Below are positions 10,308 to 22,648 of a stretch of DNA of 64,000 nt, piece by piece. The translations under genes were made by a program, and so were the position numbers. The stretch's first letter is position 1. Every line of letters begins with the position of its first letter. The notes beneath the pieces were generated by a model. That model was not told the DNA's origin and ran no database searches. It saw only the letters and a list, made by a program, of their open reading frames with translations. Source of the DNA: Phyllosticta citribraziliensis (taxonomy: Eukaryota); assembly GCF_038025025.1 (NCBI RefSeq), contig NW_027117345.1, positions 124,001 through 188,000 of the forward strand, given 5' to 3'.

Positions 10308-12299
10308 ATGGCCCCTCGAACTCGAAAACGCAACTCAGACCCAGAAGATTCCGTTCGTCCCACACCACGTCATGCAAAAGCATCTCCAACCCGCCCTCGT
10401 TCGGCTCGAGCTCCGCGCAGTAATGCCGCACGATACCGACAATCGACGCTCACGCAAATCGTGCCCGAAGTTTCATTCCTTTCGAGAGGATCGGCGGCAG
10501 AAGAATCGGAAGACGAAGAACATGCCCCTCGGCCGGTGAAAAGAAGGAGACGTCGCATAGGACCGTCGCAAAAGACGCTGACGCAGATTGGGTGGATAAA
10601 TCCTCTCGTGGTACCGTCCGACGATGAGGAACAGGAAGAAGAGGGCGAGGGAGATGGAGAAGAGGGATTTGAAAGCGAGGTTCTGCCCTCGGACGACGAC
10701 GAATATGACGAAGTCGTGGCTGGCGAGCAAAACGAAAATGAAGACACCGAGGAAGTGTTCTACGGCTTCTCTGACAATGAGGAGAACCATGAAGGAGACA
10801 AGCTTCATGGCGCAAATTCAGACGGAGTAAAAGATTCGCCGCAGACTCCGCGTCGACCCCGTCCCCGCGAGATTCCGTCGTCGCAAACGCCGCCAGTCAC
10901 GCCGTTAACACCGCTATCTGTTCTGCGAAAGCGAGGACTCTACAATGGGAGGTCGCCTCTGAAGATGCTGTCGACAAATGGAAACCAAGACAACAAGAGT
11001 CGGGACCGTGCAAAGATGCCACCACCCAAGTTTCCCACCCCGGTCAAAAGACGAGGCGTGCGAGTGGCATTTGAGACGAACGTAGTCAAAGTGGCACCGA
11101 AATTGCTTTCCGAACGATCGCACATCTCAGACTCCCAGGATCTCAGTGATGAAGAGGGATTCGGGGTGGCGAGCCCAAGAGGCATTGCCATCGGGCAAGA
11201 AACGCAGGCCATGATCCACCAGATAGACGCTGCATGTGGACTGGATTCACCAGGGCAAACCACACCAAGTAAGAATAGAGCTACGCCTGAAGCAGCGTCA
11301 GAATCACCGAGTACAAGTCAGGCCAGCAGATCCTTCAACTTTGATGAAGATGAGGCAGGTGTGGTTGCAAGTCCTGCTCCAGCAAAGAAGTCTCCAATTC
11401 TCGGGGAAGATGTTCAAGAGGAAAACACCCGGGCGGGAGACAATCAAGAGCAAGACGTCGAAGACGAAAATGCCGAGCAGGAGGACGAAGATGAGGAATT
11501 TTCAACTTCCTCATTTCCAACACCACGCGCGCCACCTCCTACCCAAGCAACCCCAACCCATACGCCAACTCAAGAATCGCGCACCTCGCAACCCTTTGCC
11601 CTACAACATCCCTCCCAAGTCAGCACCGTCGCCGAAACAACACAGGCGACACCAGCACGAGCAACGTCAGTGCAAAGAGAAAAGTCTCGCTCGCAGAAAC
11701 TAGGGCGAGCGCGGCATCAAACTGCCCGTTCTAGTGAAGACGTGAAATCAACGTCCCACAGGACTGTAATCCCCTCGCAAGCCTCGACTACCGATGACCC
11801 AATAGAGTCGCAGACGCCCAAAGCACAATTTCAACATCGATCACAGCAGCGACAAGATGACCGCATACCAGAGTCGCCGCTCGCCAGCAGCAATTCGAAA
11901 ACAAATGCAACACACGCACGCAACCCACGGCCGCGATCACGCAAGACACGCTCCTCTCCATCCCAAGCGGCATCTTCATCAACCCCTCGACCTCCGCCTG
12001 CTCTCCTCCTAACATCCTCACCCACATCCCCATCACTTTCAACGAGTAATCGACACGCAAACACTGAAAACATACCGGCCACACGGCAGCGCCTCGAACT
12101 ATACAGCAGCGGCGTCGGCGGCGGCGGAAATGCTGGTGCCTCGTTCGACGGCAAAGTGATTTCAGCGACGCAGATGCTGCCCGAGAGTCTGATGAACTAT
12201 TCAATGCCGCTGCCGCCGGCCGGCTGGGATGCGTCGTCTGTTGGGTGGGTGGCGTCGTCGATGCCGGACGAGGAGGATGAAGGGGAGGGTGAGAATTGA
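10308..12299 (+). CDS. Low-complexity, largely disordered hypothetical protein (663 aa), probably nuclear
   Basis: Long intronless ORF with a basic NLS-like PVKRRRRR, acidic tracts, many S/T-P and S/T-Q sites, duplicated QxTLTQI motifs and a C-terminal TQMLPESLM motif. Confidence 0.8.
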   Translation: MAPRTRKRNSDPEDSVRPTPRHAKASPTRPRSARAPRSNAARYRQSTLTQIVPEVSFLSRGSAAEESEDEEHAPRPVKRRRRRIGPSQKTLTQIGWINPLVVPSDDEEQEEEGEGDGEEGFESEVLPSDDDEYDEVVAGEQNENEDTEEVFYGFSDNEENHEGDKLHGANSDGVKDSPQTPRRPRPREIPSSQTPPVTPLTPLSVLRKRGLYNGRSPLKMLSTNGNQDNKSRDRAKMPPPKFPTPVKRRGVRVAFETNVVKVAPKLLSERSHISDSQDLSDEEGFGVASPRGIAIGQETQAMIHQIDAACGLDSPGQTTPSKNRATPEAASESPSTSQASRSFNFDEDEAGVVASPAPAKKSPILGEDVQEENTRAGDNQEQDVEDENAEQEDEDEEFSTSSFPTPRAPPPTQATPTHTPTQESRTSQPFALQHPSQVSTVAETTQATPARATSVQREKSRSQKLGRARHQTARSSEDVKSTSHRTVIPSQASTTDDPIESQTPKAQFQHRSQQRQDDRIPESPLASSNSKTNATHARNPRPRSRKTRSSPSQAASSSTPRPPPALLLTSSPTSPSLSTSNRHANTENIPATRQRLELYSSGVGGGGNAGASFDGKVISATQMLPESLMNYSMPLPPAGWDASSVGWVASSMPDEEDEGEGEN

Positions 12300-12680
12300 G
12301 TATAGCACATTGGCATACCTTTCACGTTTTTTCGGACGGTTAGGTTATGCCTGTATGCATGCATTCATAGAAGGCGATTGCATTATACCAACATATTGTT
12401 TCAGCAAGAAGCACTCAAATGAGCGCTCGCATACGGACAAGGAGCATTCATACCATTAGTTGCTAGCATCACTTCGCATCTCACACGTCCAAGAATAATG
12501 ACCTTAAAAACTCCCTAGGAACGTCGTCTTGGTCGACTTCTGAGGATAAGCTACAAAGCAATCGAAGCGGATGGGATATGGACCACTTTCAAACCAGAAT
12601 CCCTTCCAAAGGTCTATGCTGTGTCTGACAAGGACGATCGATAGATTTTGAATCAATTCAAAATGAGGTGGCCAAGTAGG

Positions 12681-12813
12681 TGCTCCCTGTCACCATCCCT
12701 GACGTGGCTCCTGAATGCTCCCTGTCTTCATCCTGCATGAGCGCACGAATGTACGAATACTCCTTGAATACTCCTTGTCAGGCTACAGCGAGGAAGCTCG
12801 AATGCTCCCTGTC
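12681..12813 (+). repeat. Four degenerate copies of (GAA)TGCTCCCTGTC
   Basis: tgctccctgtc near 12681, gaatgctccctgtc near 12713, gaatactccttgtc near 12766 and gaatgctccctgtc near 12800. Confidence 0.55.
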
Positions 12814-13957
12814 TACACCCACGCAAGAAACTCAGACGGCAGGCGAGTTCTTTCTGTGAGTTTTGGCTTCCTCGACGGTCAATGATTGAAATTTTTGCTC
12901 AATGGTCCTTCTGCTCCCGCGGTCGAGCTTTCTGGGCGCCTTTCGTAGCCCGTCAGACCAAATGATGCTGATAGAGAACTCTTGCGTGTTAAGAAGAACA
13001 GAGATTTCCTCGCACCATAATGGGTGCTCAACTTCCACGAGGCCTTCCTCGAAGACATCCTCGTCGAAAGGTATTCCTGGGCGATCATCTGTCTCCTCGC
13101 TCTCATTCTGCAAGAGGAATTCGTCGTCGTGCTCATCGGAGACCTCATCACTGCGCTTTTGGAGCTTAGGCGGGGGTTCGACACGCGGCCGTCCTTCGTC
13201 CAAATTGAGTGGCGCTGCACTGCATTTTCAAGGGTGTGGTTGTGATTGTGCTGACCGAGAGGCAAGGGAGCTGCTCAAGCTGGACTGGCCCCTTTGCCGT
13301 CTCAGGGAGATCTTTAGAGGCACGTTTGCATTGTGCTGAGTTAAAACCATTAACTTCTGTACTGTCTACTAACATTAATTTTGCTAATTCTGGTATAGTG
13401 AAGCATGCTGGTATAGTTAGGTGCTCTAGAGGCGCGTCTTATTAGGTAATAAAGGAGTATGGATCTGATTTCTTTCGACATCTCCTGCGGCGTTGACGCA
13501 GATGTAACTTACAAAAGTCACCAGGAAAAAGAAGAAATAAAAGACGGGGTGGGAGGAAGAAAAGCAGAAAAAACATGGTGAAAGAAGAGAAAGAAAGAGC
13601 GAGAGGTATCTGGTTCGCACCAGCAAAGCCACCAGTATACCAAGCCTATAAATGCGCGGAATTATGTCTTGCAGTCAACCGAAAAAGGAAGGACGGACAA
13701 GAAGAAAAGCGAAGAGGTAAGCAATGACGTGCTTTCAACAGTGGGGGGCATCGCCCAATTGGGGCCCCCTGTTCGGCATGCCGACCACCAACCGAGAGAG
13801 AGACGGCGATTCTCAGTCGCTCGATAACCACCAAACAAGACCGCAAACCATACCACAATATTGCTTTGCTGCACCGGCTCCCCAAGCGCGCTCCGGCAGG
13901 CGTTCGTAGCAACTACTCTCTTGCGCAATAACTCCACCACTACCACCACAACGCGCC

Positions 13958-15795
13958 ATGCCAACAAACTACGTCGCCTATGTCGACGCTCGCCTCGGCG
14001 TCGCGCGCATCGGTCATCTCGATTTCGAGTCCGACTCCATCACGCCTCTGACGTTCAAGTCAGGGACGCCCGTAGCGAGCCTGTACCAAGTGATTGAGGC
14101 GGGCGCCGAGCACATCGCCGCGGCGCCACCGCCTCGTTTGGTTGCAAGCAGCAGCGAAAGCGAAAACAGCATTGGCGGCGCCGTCAACGCATTTCCGGCT
14201 TCCAGCGTCAAGATCCTGCCGCCGCTGGCTGGCCGCGACGTGCTCGCCGTGGGCAAAAACTACGCCGAGCACGCAGTCGAGTTCAACAGCTCCGGATACG
14301 ACAGCTCGGACAAGGTCGCCCAGCCGACGCATCCCGTCATCTTCAGCAAGCGCGCGACGGCCATTGTTGCTCACGGCGACGCCATTTACGCGCATCCCGA
14401 CTTCACCCAGTCGTTGGACTATGAGGGCGAAATCGGCGTGATTGTTGGGAAGTCTGGGTTCAGGATCAGCGAGGAAGAGGCCTGGGACCATGTCTGGGGC
14501 TTTACCATCATCAATGATGTGACTGCGCGCGAGAGGCAGCGAGACCATAAGCAATTTTTGATCGGCAAGTCGGCGGATACGACTGCTCCAATGGTATTTG
14601 ATCCCCAACCGCAAATGAAGAAGGGCCAGGTCTGATGGAAGATGAAAAGGGGCCAGTGGCCGTGTCCAAGGAGAACCTCCCTCAAGTCCTCCGCGTGCAA
14701 ACGGTTGTGAATGGCGAGTTGAGGCAGGATGCAACGACCGAAGACCTCATCTTCTCGATTCCATTCTTGATCAAGACCGTCTCCGAAGGCATGACTATCC
14801 AGCCGGGAGACGTCATCGCCACGGGAACTCCAGCTGGTGTTGGTATCGGCAAAAAACCACCAGTATTCCTCAAGGCTGGCGATGAGATTGCCATCTCAGT
14901 CACAGGTATGGGCACGCTCAAAAACAAGGTTACTGATTCACTGGCGGCGAAGAACGTCTCTTCTTTTCCTTCGGTCGATCGGACGCCAGGGCTTGTTGTT
15001 GCAGGCGGAGAGTCCCTGGCAATGGCCAAAGGAAAACCTCTCTACTGGAAACGCCTTGGCCAGAAAGATGCCGAGACGGTTGTTTTTCTCCACGACTTGG
15101 GCGGATCTTCCGAATGCTGGATGCCTTTGATCGCCGCGGCGTCATTGGAACAATCCCATTCGCTCATCGTGCACGACTTTGAAGGGCATGGGCTCTCTCC
15201 AACATCTCCCCTGAGCGTTCTCAGCGTCGAGTCTTTCAGCAATGATCTCGAGGGACTTTTCACATGCGCGGAAATCTCCGGTGCCACAGTCGTTGCTCAC
15301 GGGTTCGCAAGTCTAGTTGCCCTCTCCTTCGTCAGCTCGAACCCTGGGTTGGTCAAGAAGCTCGTCTTCATTAGCCCGCCACCTCTCCCTCTCACAGCAG
15401 CAGCGCGAGCACATGCTCACGCAAGATCAGAATTGGCTCGTACGTCGGGCACGTTGAACGTGGCAAGAGAAGTGGCCTCGTCGGAGACTTCTGAACATAC
15501 CAAGAGGACCAACCCCCTCGCTCTTACTGCTTTGAATCTAGCAATTCGAGGACAAGATAACGAAGGATATGCAAAGGCATGCTGTGCTTTTGCTAGTGCC
15601 GGTGAGACGTTGGATTTGCGCACTGCAGATGTAGATACTACGGTTATCTTCGGCGGAGCGTTTGGGCCACCTGCGTTAAAGCTGCATCCAGACGCAGTTC
15701 CGCAAGTTCGTCATGTCGAACTTCCAAACGTTGGACGCTGGGCAGTGTTTGAAGATCCAGCCGGGCTTGCACGTGCCATCGTGGAGCTCCTGTAG
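13958..15795 (+). CDS. Fumarylacetoacetate-hydrolase-family protein fused to a C-terminal alpha/beta-hydrolase domain (intron 14594-14649)
   Basis: FAH motifs VGKNYAEHA, LDYEGEIGVIVGK, INDVTARERQ, GKSADT, (M|GP across the intron) and GDVIATGTPAGVG, followed in frame by VVFLHDLGG, HDFEGHGLS and EGYAKAC. Confidence 0.92.
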
Positions 15796-18700
15796 CTTGC
15801 CTTGTTCTATGTTTTTCTTTGTTGGATGAGGACGTTTCCCCGGCGCTGGAGTGTGTCAATATACTTTCTGTATGCGTCAGCAAGGACATGGCTGGGGTTG
15901 ATGTGGCGTGCTTCCAAAATTAAGCGCATGTACCATCTTCTTATACAAACGCGTCAGCAAACTTTGTCGCTCCCCGGGTCGCTGACGCCATTGAACCCAG
16001 CATGCTTCTACGTTTGTAGCAGATATTGTTTCCTTCTTTTGTCGGAAATTGTGATGCCTGGACAACGTTCGGGATGAACCGGAGTTTTGCTTATCAGTAG
16101 GCCTGACAACAAGCAACCAAATACGTGCTATTCCGCGGACGTATCGGTTTGAACCGGATTGGAAAGCCGGTTCGATACTTCGGGACTAAATTTGATGAAG
16201 TCTTCGTGAAGACCTTCAACGATCGGCCCGACCTAGCGTTCGGAAAGCCTGGAGGTCAAGTGATCTTCGTGTTGCGGTCTTCTCGGTCGAAGGGCGGATT
16301 GTTTCAGCAAGAAAATCAGGAACATGCAAGTCTTAGGAGTCGATTCGCCGGCGATAAGTTTTGCAGCTGGAATGCCGAGATCCAAGGCAGGCGAGCGAGA
16401 CTGCCCTTGGGTTGCGCAATCCTGTCGCATGCATTTGATCTGCAATGCCGCAGGACACCGCCACCCAAATCTCTCAGAGATCCCGACTCATCAGTCGTGA
16501 GGATCTCCCCCTGCATGCTTTGAGATCAAGGCTTGGTCCTAGAGCTTGTGGAGCACTCAATGTAAAAAAAGAAAAATGGAAAAAAGTGACGAGTGGCAAC
16601 GAGGAGGATTCGCGTGCTTTAGTCAGCCGTGGACTTTAGCTTCTAATTCTCCCGAAGCTGCAGCGTTAGAAGGCATCCAGGTATCCTCGACGGGTCAAGA
16701 TAGGGATTCTTCGACTGCGTACACACCCAGAGCGCAGTTCCGTGTGCCACGACCTTTGGCAACGAGCGCGGATGCTGTGAGACGTCGGCAACGTGACATG
16801 CGGCGCTTCCCGAGGTGAGTACCCAGCCACTTTGATAGGCTCGGCCGAGAGACGACTTCAGAAACTTTTTTGGTGGATATCAAAGACACAGCACGAGAAA
16901 GGAAACGGTGGCGAGCAGAGAAAAAGAGACATGGTTGAGAATGAGAATGAGAAATCGAGAAGGCTGGTACGACCAGACATTGCAGGTGGCTGGGGTCTTA
17001 GGAGACGGGCTGAAAAGCGCTGTTGCACGGGGCGTGGAAGTGGTTTTTCTTGAGCACGCGGTGCACGTGGACCCAAGGCCATCCAGCAACCCAGCCACGG
17101 AGTACATGGACGATTGAGATTAATGATGCGCTGACGAGGTGGCGTACGCATTCGTATACACCTCGAGTAGAGAGATGAAAGTGTTGAGGAGCTTCGTTTA
17201 TGCGCAGGTCCCTCGTACTGTGTGTAGATGGCAGGAGACGACGTTATGGCCTGAGCGATGACGGAGCGCACCCAAAGCCAGACAAGACACGCGGACCGAC
17301 ATCAAGGCCCCATGCGCATGCACCGGAAAACAAATTCTGCGTTCCAAAGGCATGGGAGAGACGCAGCAAGCGCTTGTGCGACGGGACTGCATGGCGAGTG
17401 CGGGTTTTCGGGAGCGGGCCAAGGATGGAGGTGAGCCCGGACGAGGCGTACGCAGAGGAGCAACAAGAGGAAAATGAAATGCAGAGAGTGAGAAGACAAC
17501 AATCGATGGCGGTGGGGAGGCGGTGATGCAGATGGAGAAAGGCTTGAAGCAATAGGTAGGTGGTAGCATTAAGGCTGCTTAATAAGCCCCCAAGCGCCTT
17601 GGCACTTCGGCTCGGCGGCTCGGCCTTTTTCACACCTCATCCCGACAGGCATACCACTCGGCCCCGGTTCTCCTCTCTGCATTTCCAGATTTTGACAGCG
17701 GCGCCTCGTCTCGCGTTCTAGCCGCTCGACTACCCCTCTTGCTGGTGGATCCACTCGCCGGCTTGCCTTCGCTAACCCCCGACCCAAATGGCCAGCGTGC
17801 ATGTCCAGGACGCCGCCCAATTGGCCCCAATCCGCCATCAGCCGATAACCTCCACGTTTGATCGTGGACTGGACAAGTCACGGTGAGCCCCTCTGCTCAG
17901 TCCACATCTCGACAAGATCGCTTCCAGCCCAAATCTTCAAAGCCCGCAGATCGAAGACAAGCCCTTCTTTCAGCTGCCGCTGTGTTGGTTCTATGGGTCT
18001 GGCTGCAGGAGTGCGGCGAGTCGAAGGATCCTACGCTTCATCGGTACGACCACCAGTCAGGCAGGCATTGGCACGAGGTTACCACAGCCAAGTAGCACAA
18101 TCAATGATGCACGCACTCGCCACATGCCTTGAGGAATGCTCCCGCCTGTGCGCCCGCGTCTCATCAGCCTAAGCCCATTGAGCTTATGCTCATGTCATGA
18201 GTTGGACCCTCTGACGAGTGCGCCTCCTGCTGATATTCTGACTTGTCCTCAATTGGATCATGATGGTGAGGTGATGAGGCCGTGGCTGCTCTTCAAAAGC
18301 ATAGCTGGAAGCCTGACAGCTGTGCCGTTCTCACTGTGCGCCCACTCCTTCTCCTGTGGGGTTCGATGGGTTTCTCCACAGTATGCACAGCCTTGCATGG
18401 GTTGTTCGCTAGGCACCACGGTTGAACTCTTCCGTTTGCCAATCTATACTGAATCAAAGTCTCCAGATACCCGTCGGCCTTTGGTAAAGCGCTGCCAAAT
18501 GACTGTGGAAAAGAACCGGCCGAGGGGGTCAATAGACGAGTGGCCGAGGACTGACTTGTTCAAAAGACAGTGTAGACTAACAAGCGGGAAGGATCAAATA
18601 AGCATAGTTCCGGCGTGGACGGGTTTCCTGCATTTCACTGACAGCAGAAGGGTGCGCCGCTGTATTTGGCCCCGAATGCCATTCGGAGACAGCCAAACAC

Positions 18701-19290
18701 CGTTTGAGCCGATCAGCGACAAGGACTTGGTTTTGATTAATACTGGGCCTTGAACCGCTGCCGCCGTGCCGGACTCGTCCCGCGTATTCATGCTGTCTCA
18801 ATTCGGCCTGTGTCCCGGTAGTGCAGCTCGTTCCGAACAGCAAGCACGGTCTCAAAAACTGCATACACCGCTCGACTATTTCTAGATTCGGCCAAGGATA
18901 TGACATGGCTTTCAACGCGACCAACCAGGATAGGCAGAGCTCTTGCAGGAAGCGTGGCGCGGACCGCAGCAATCTTTCATGTCATCACTGTCGCGGAGGA
19001 AAAAGCCGTTCCGGACGCTGGCCAAGCTGTCATGATCACATCTATGCGCAGGTCAAGGAAAAAATATTTCTGGAAACCCGGCCGACCTTAGGGCACCATT
19101 CCGCGCGAATTTTCCTCGTGGCTTAAATACGGCTGTGAGTCCTTTTGAGTCCATTACGCGGATCCTTTTGGCACCACGCCGCTCCTAATCGAAACCTCCC
19201 CCTAGTCGACGGCGGACTTGTCGTTTCTACTTTCTCCTATTCGAGCATTGGACCAGGACCATCGTCTCAAGGCCGACAGGAGGCTTCGCC

Positions 19291-21865
19291 ATGAAGTATT
19301 CAATCTGGTTTTTCTTACTCGGCCTTGCCCAAGCTCGGGCGACGGTGTCCTTCAGTGGCCAATGCGGAGGACCGGATGGCTTAACATGCATGTCAAGTAT
19401 CTACGGAAACTGTTGTTCAGCGGATGGCAAGTGTGGCGCGTCTTCCCGTGAGTGCGGAGTTGGTTGCCAATCAGACTTTGGCATTTGCGCCTCGAACAAG
19501 TTCTTGAACGCCACATCTCCCGACGGCACTTGTGGAGGATCTTCAATGGGCTTCCAGTGTAGAGGATCAGCGTTTGGAAGCTGCTGTAGCCAGTATGGCT
19601 ACTGTGGAAATTCGAGCGCGTACTGCGATGAAGGCTGCGATCCAAAATACGGCACATGCAACCCGACCAAGCGAAGCCCGGCCAAACTGCAATCAAGGGC
19701 GAACGCTACGGTAGACCTCTCAGTCTCTCTTGGACTTTCCCTCGGACTTGGCGCCACCACCACAGCCACAGCTTCCGCCTCCGCCTCCGCCTCCGCCTCC
19801 CCATCGGCATCATGCACCCCGTGCGAGGGCCAACCTGGCAGCGATCCTGATTCTTACTGCGGGTACGACATTAATACCGACTACTATGAGTTTGTTCCCA
19901 AGACATGCCGGACTGTCGACTACACCTTTGTCGTCACCAACACTACCATTTCCCCTGATGGAATACCTCGCATTGGTCTCCTCATCAACGGCAGTATGCC
20001 AGGACCCACAATTGAGGCAAACTGGGGAGACACCGTCAGAGTGACAGTCGTCAACCAGATGGAAAATAATGGCACCAGTGAGTCTCAAAAGGTCGAAAAG
20101 AGGAATCAAAGCTAAGAATCGCCAGGTCTCCATTTCCACGGTATTCGCCAAAATGGAACGAACCAGAACGATGGAGTACCGTCGCTTACCCAGTGCCCCG
20201 TTGCTCCTGGCGAGAGCTATACCTACACTTGGGTTGCGGAGTCCTATGGCACCAGCTGGTAAGTTCTTGAGCGACGAAGATCCACGGCAAACATGGCCAC
20301 TTTGGGGCGGGCAATCGAATGCTCCCCGTCTTACCTCTTTCCTCCCCAGAACCCAACTAATCCGTCGATAGGTACCACTCTCATTTTTCAGTCCAAGCTT
20401 GGGAAGGTGTTTTGGGTGCCATTGTCGTCCATGGACCTGCCAGCGCTGATTACGACGTGGATGCTGGCCCAATTGTCCTGCAGGACTGGAGCCACTTGAC
20501 CATCAACCAGCAGTACGACCTTGCAGAAGACTCGACCGCGGGTGCCAATGGAGGAGCCCGTGTCATGGACAATGGTCTGATCAACGGCAAGAACACTTGG
20601 GGACCTGACGGCTCGAGCAACCAGACTGGAGAGCGCTTCCAACTGGACGTTGTTCAGGGCACCTCATACAGGCTGAGGGTCATCAACGTTGCGATTCAGT
20701 CGACTTTCAAGTTTTACATTGATGGTGAGCCAAGGAGCCCGAGAAAACTGACGAATTAGGCTGACATTTGCAAGGACACAAATTCACGGTCATCTCAACT
20801 GATTTCACTCCTATCCAGCCATACGAGACTGATATCTTGAACATCAACTCAGGTGAGGGCATTGGACCAGGAGAATCCGAGCCTCGGGCTGACTTTTCCC
20901 AGGCCAAAGATACGACCTGATCGTCACGGCAGACCAAGATGTCGGAAGCTACTGGATGCGATCAGACAACCAAAACGCTTGCGCAGGTATCAGACAATCC
21001 ACCGACATCAAGGGTATTTTCCAGTACTCGGGAGCTTCGGGTACCCCCACTTCTACGGCCTACAACTACACCTCCGAATGTCGCGACGAGGATCCGGCGC
21101 TGCACACGCCCATCGTCTCACGCGACGCCTCGGGTGCCGACTTTACGTATGATGCCGACATCAATATTTCCAACAACACCAACGGAACCAACATCTACCG
21201 GTGGCTCGTCTCCGGCACGACTTTTGTCGCGCGTTGGGGCGACCCAACTGTCAACGGCATCTTGGACGGAGGTGAACCTACTGATTACTCCAGCAACCTG
21301 ATGTTTGACGCACCGACTCGTGGAGTATGGGTTTATGTTGTCGTTCAATCAGCGATCGCCCTGCCTCATCCCATCCATTTGCATGGTGAGTTTTTCGGCG
21401 CCCTTCTTGGATTTTTTCTGACTTGCAGTAGGACATGACTTCCTTGTGCTTGCACAAGGCAACGACACGTACGATGCTTCTATCCCGCTCAATACTGTCA
21501 ATCCGTCTCGCAGAGATACTGTGTTGATGCCCGGTCTGGGTTATGTCGTCATCGCCTGGCAGGTGGACAACCCCGGAGTCTGGTATATCATCCCAACCCC
21601 CTCTTCAATTCCTGAAAATGCCGCTGACCGTTTTTCGAGGCTTATCCATTGCCACACTGGTAAAAGAACAATCTAGAGACAATAAAAATTTCATGCTAAT
21701 TGATATTTAGGTTGGCACTTGGCCATGGGCTTCGCAGCTCAAATCGTGGAACTTCAGGACGAGATCGCAGACACCTTCGACCGGAACACTCTGCAGGACA
21801 CTTGCTCTTCCTGGAACGCGTATCAAAACGCCTACAATGTTGAGCAGGACGACTCTGGCGTATAG
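19291..21865 (+). CDS. Secreted multicopper oxidase (laccase-like, AA1) with two N-terminal chitin-binding CBM18/hevein modules; multi-exon
   Basis: Signal peptide and two CCS..G.CG....C..GC...G.C modules, then a Ser/Ala/Thr linker. All four Cu motifs are recovered after splicing (HFHG, WYHSH, HPIHLHG, HCHTGWHLAMGF), and the protein ends in DSGV*. Confidence 0.93.
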
Positions 21866-22648
21866 GTACGAACGCAACGAAGTGATGAAGTAATTATGTG
21901 TCATGGGCGCGGACTGCTTGTTGATATTTCTACTGATATCCTGATCGCTGCAAATAGCTGCGATCTTGTTGAATAATAAACTGTAATTTCATGGCATGCT
22001 AAGCTTGTGTTGTGCTTTTGAGGCTTAATGTCAAGGTTGTGGGCAAGGCATTAGTGGGCAGAATTCTTGCATTCTTGGGGAATTTCCATCTACCATTTCA
22101 CAAGTTTGGTTTCATTGAAAAGGGTAACTCCAAATTCTCTCTAGCTAAATTTAAGGAGCATCCATTCACAACCACATTTGCGCCTTGGGAGCAGTCGTCT
22201 GCCATCACGCTTGCACATAGGGATCCGTGTCCGCTACCACAGTTGCGTGTAGGGACGTGTCGCTCAAAACTGCAGCTAGACCTTGTCGGTATCACTCTTC
22301 TGGAACTCACCGTAACTCTGCAGTCTTGCGTTTCAATTCGCAAGGACCGGTGACTGGATGCTCTGCAGATCTCCGTTTCGATGGACTGGTCGACAAAGCT
22401 GCCTAAATAGGAATAGCACGATGAGCCCCTGGAGATTGCCAAGCTCAACATGACTCGCTAACCTCATCACGACCAACCCGTACCACTTTTCGTCCCCAGA
22501 AACATTTCACTGCTCTTCAACAAAAGTTGGAGGCTCAAAGTCTCCCTCACCTCTCTCGCGCAGATTCGTCACCGCCACGGCATGCCGGACAACTAACAGG
22601 GCAGCGCTTCCTCCCGATCCTTGACCGCTCCTCTCCCACTCTTCCACA

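Noticed and set aside
15900..19200. Many 60-200-aa ORFs upstream of the laccase
   Set aside because: No motifs and no coding-like bias; probably promoter or intergenic DNA.
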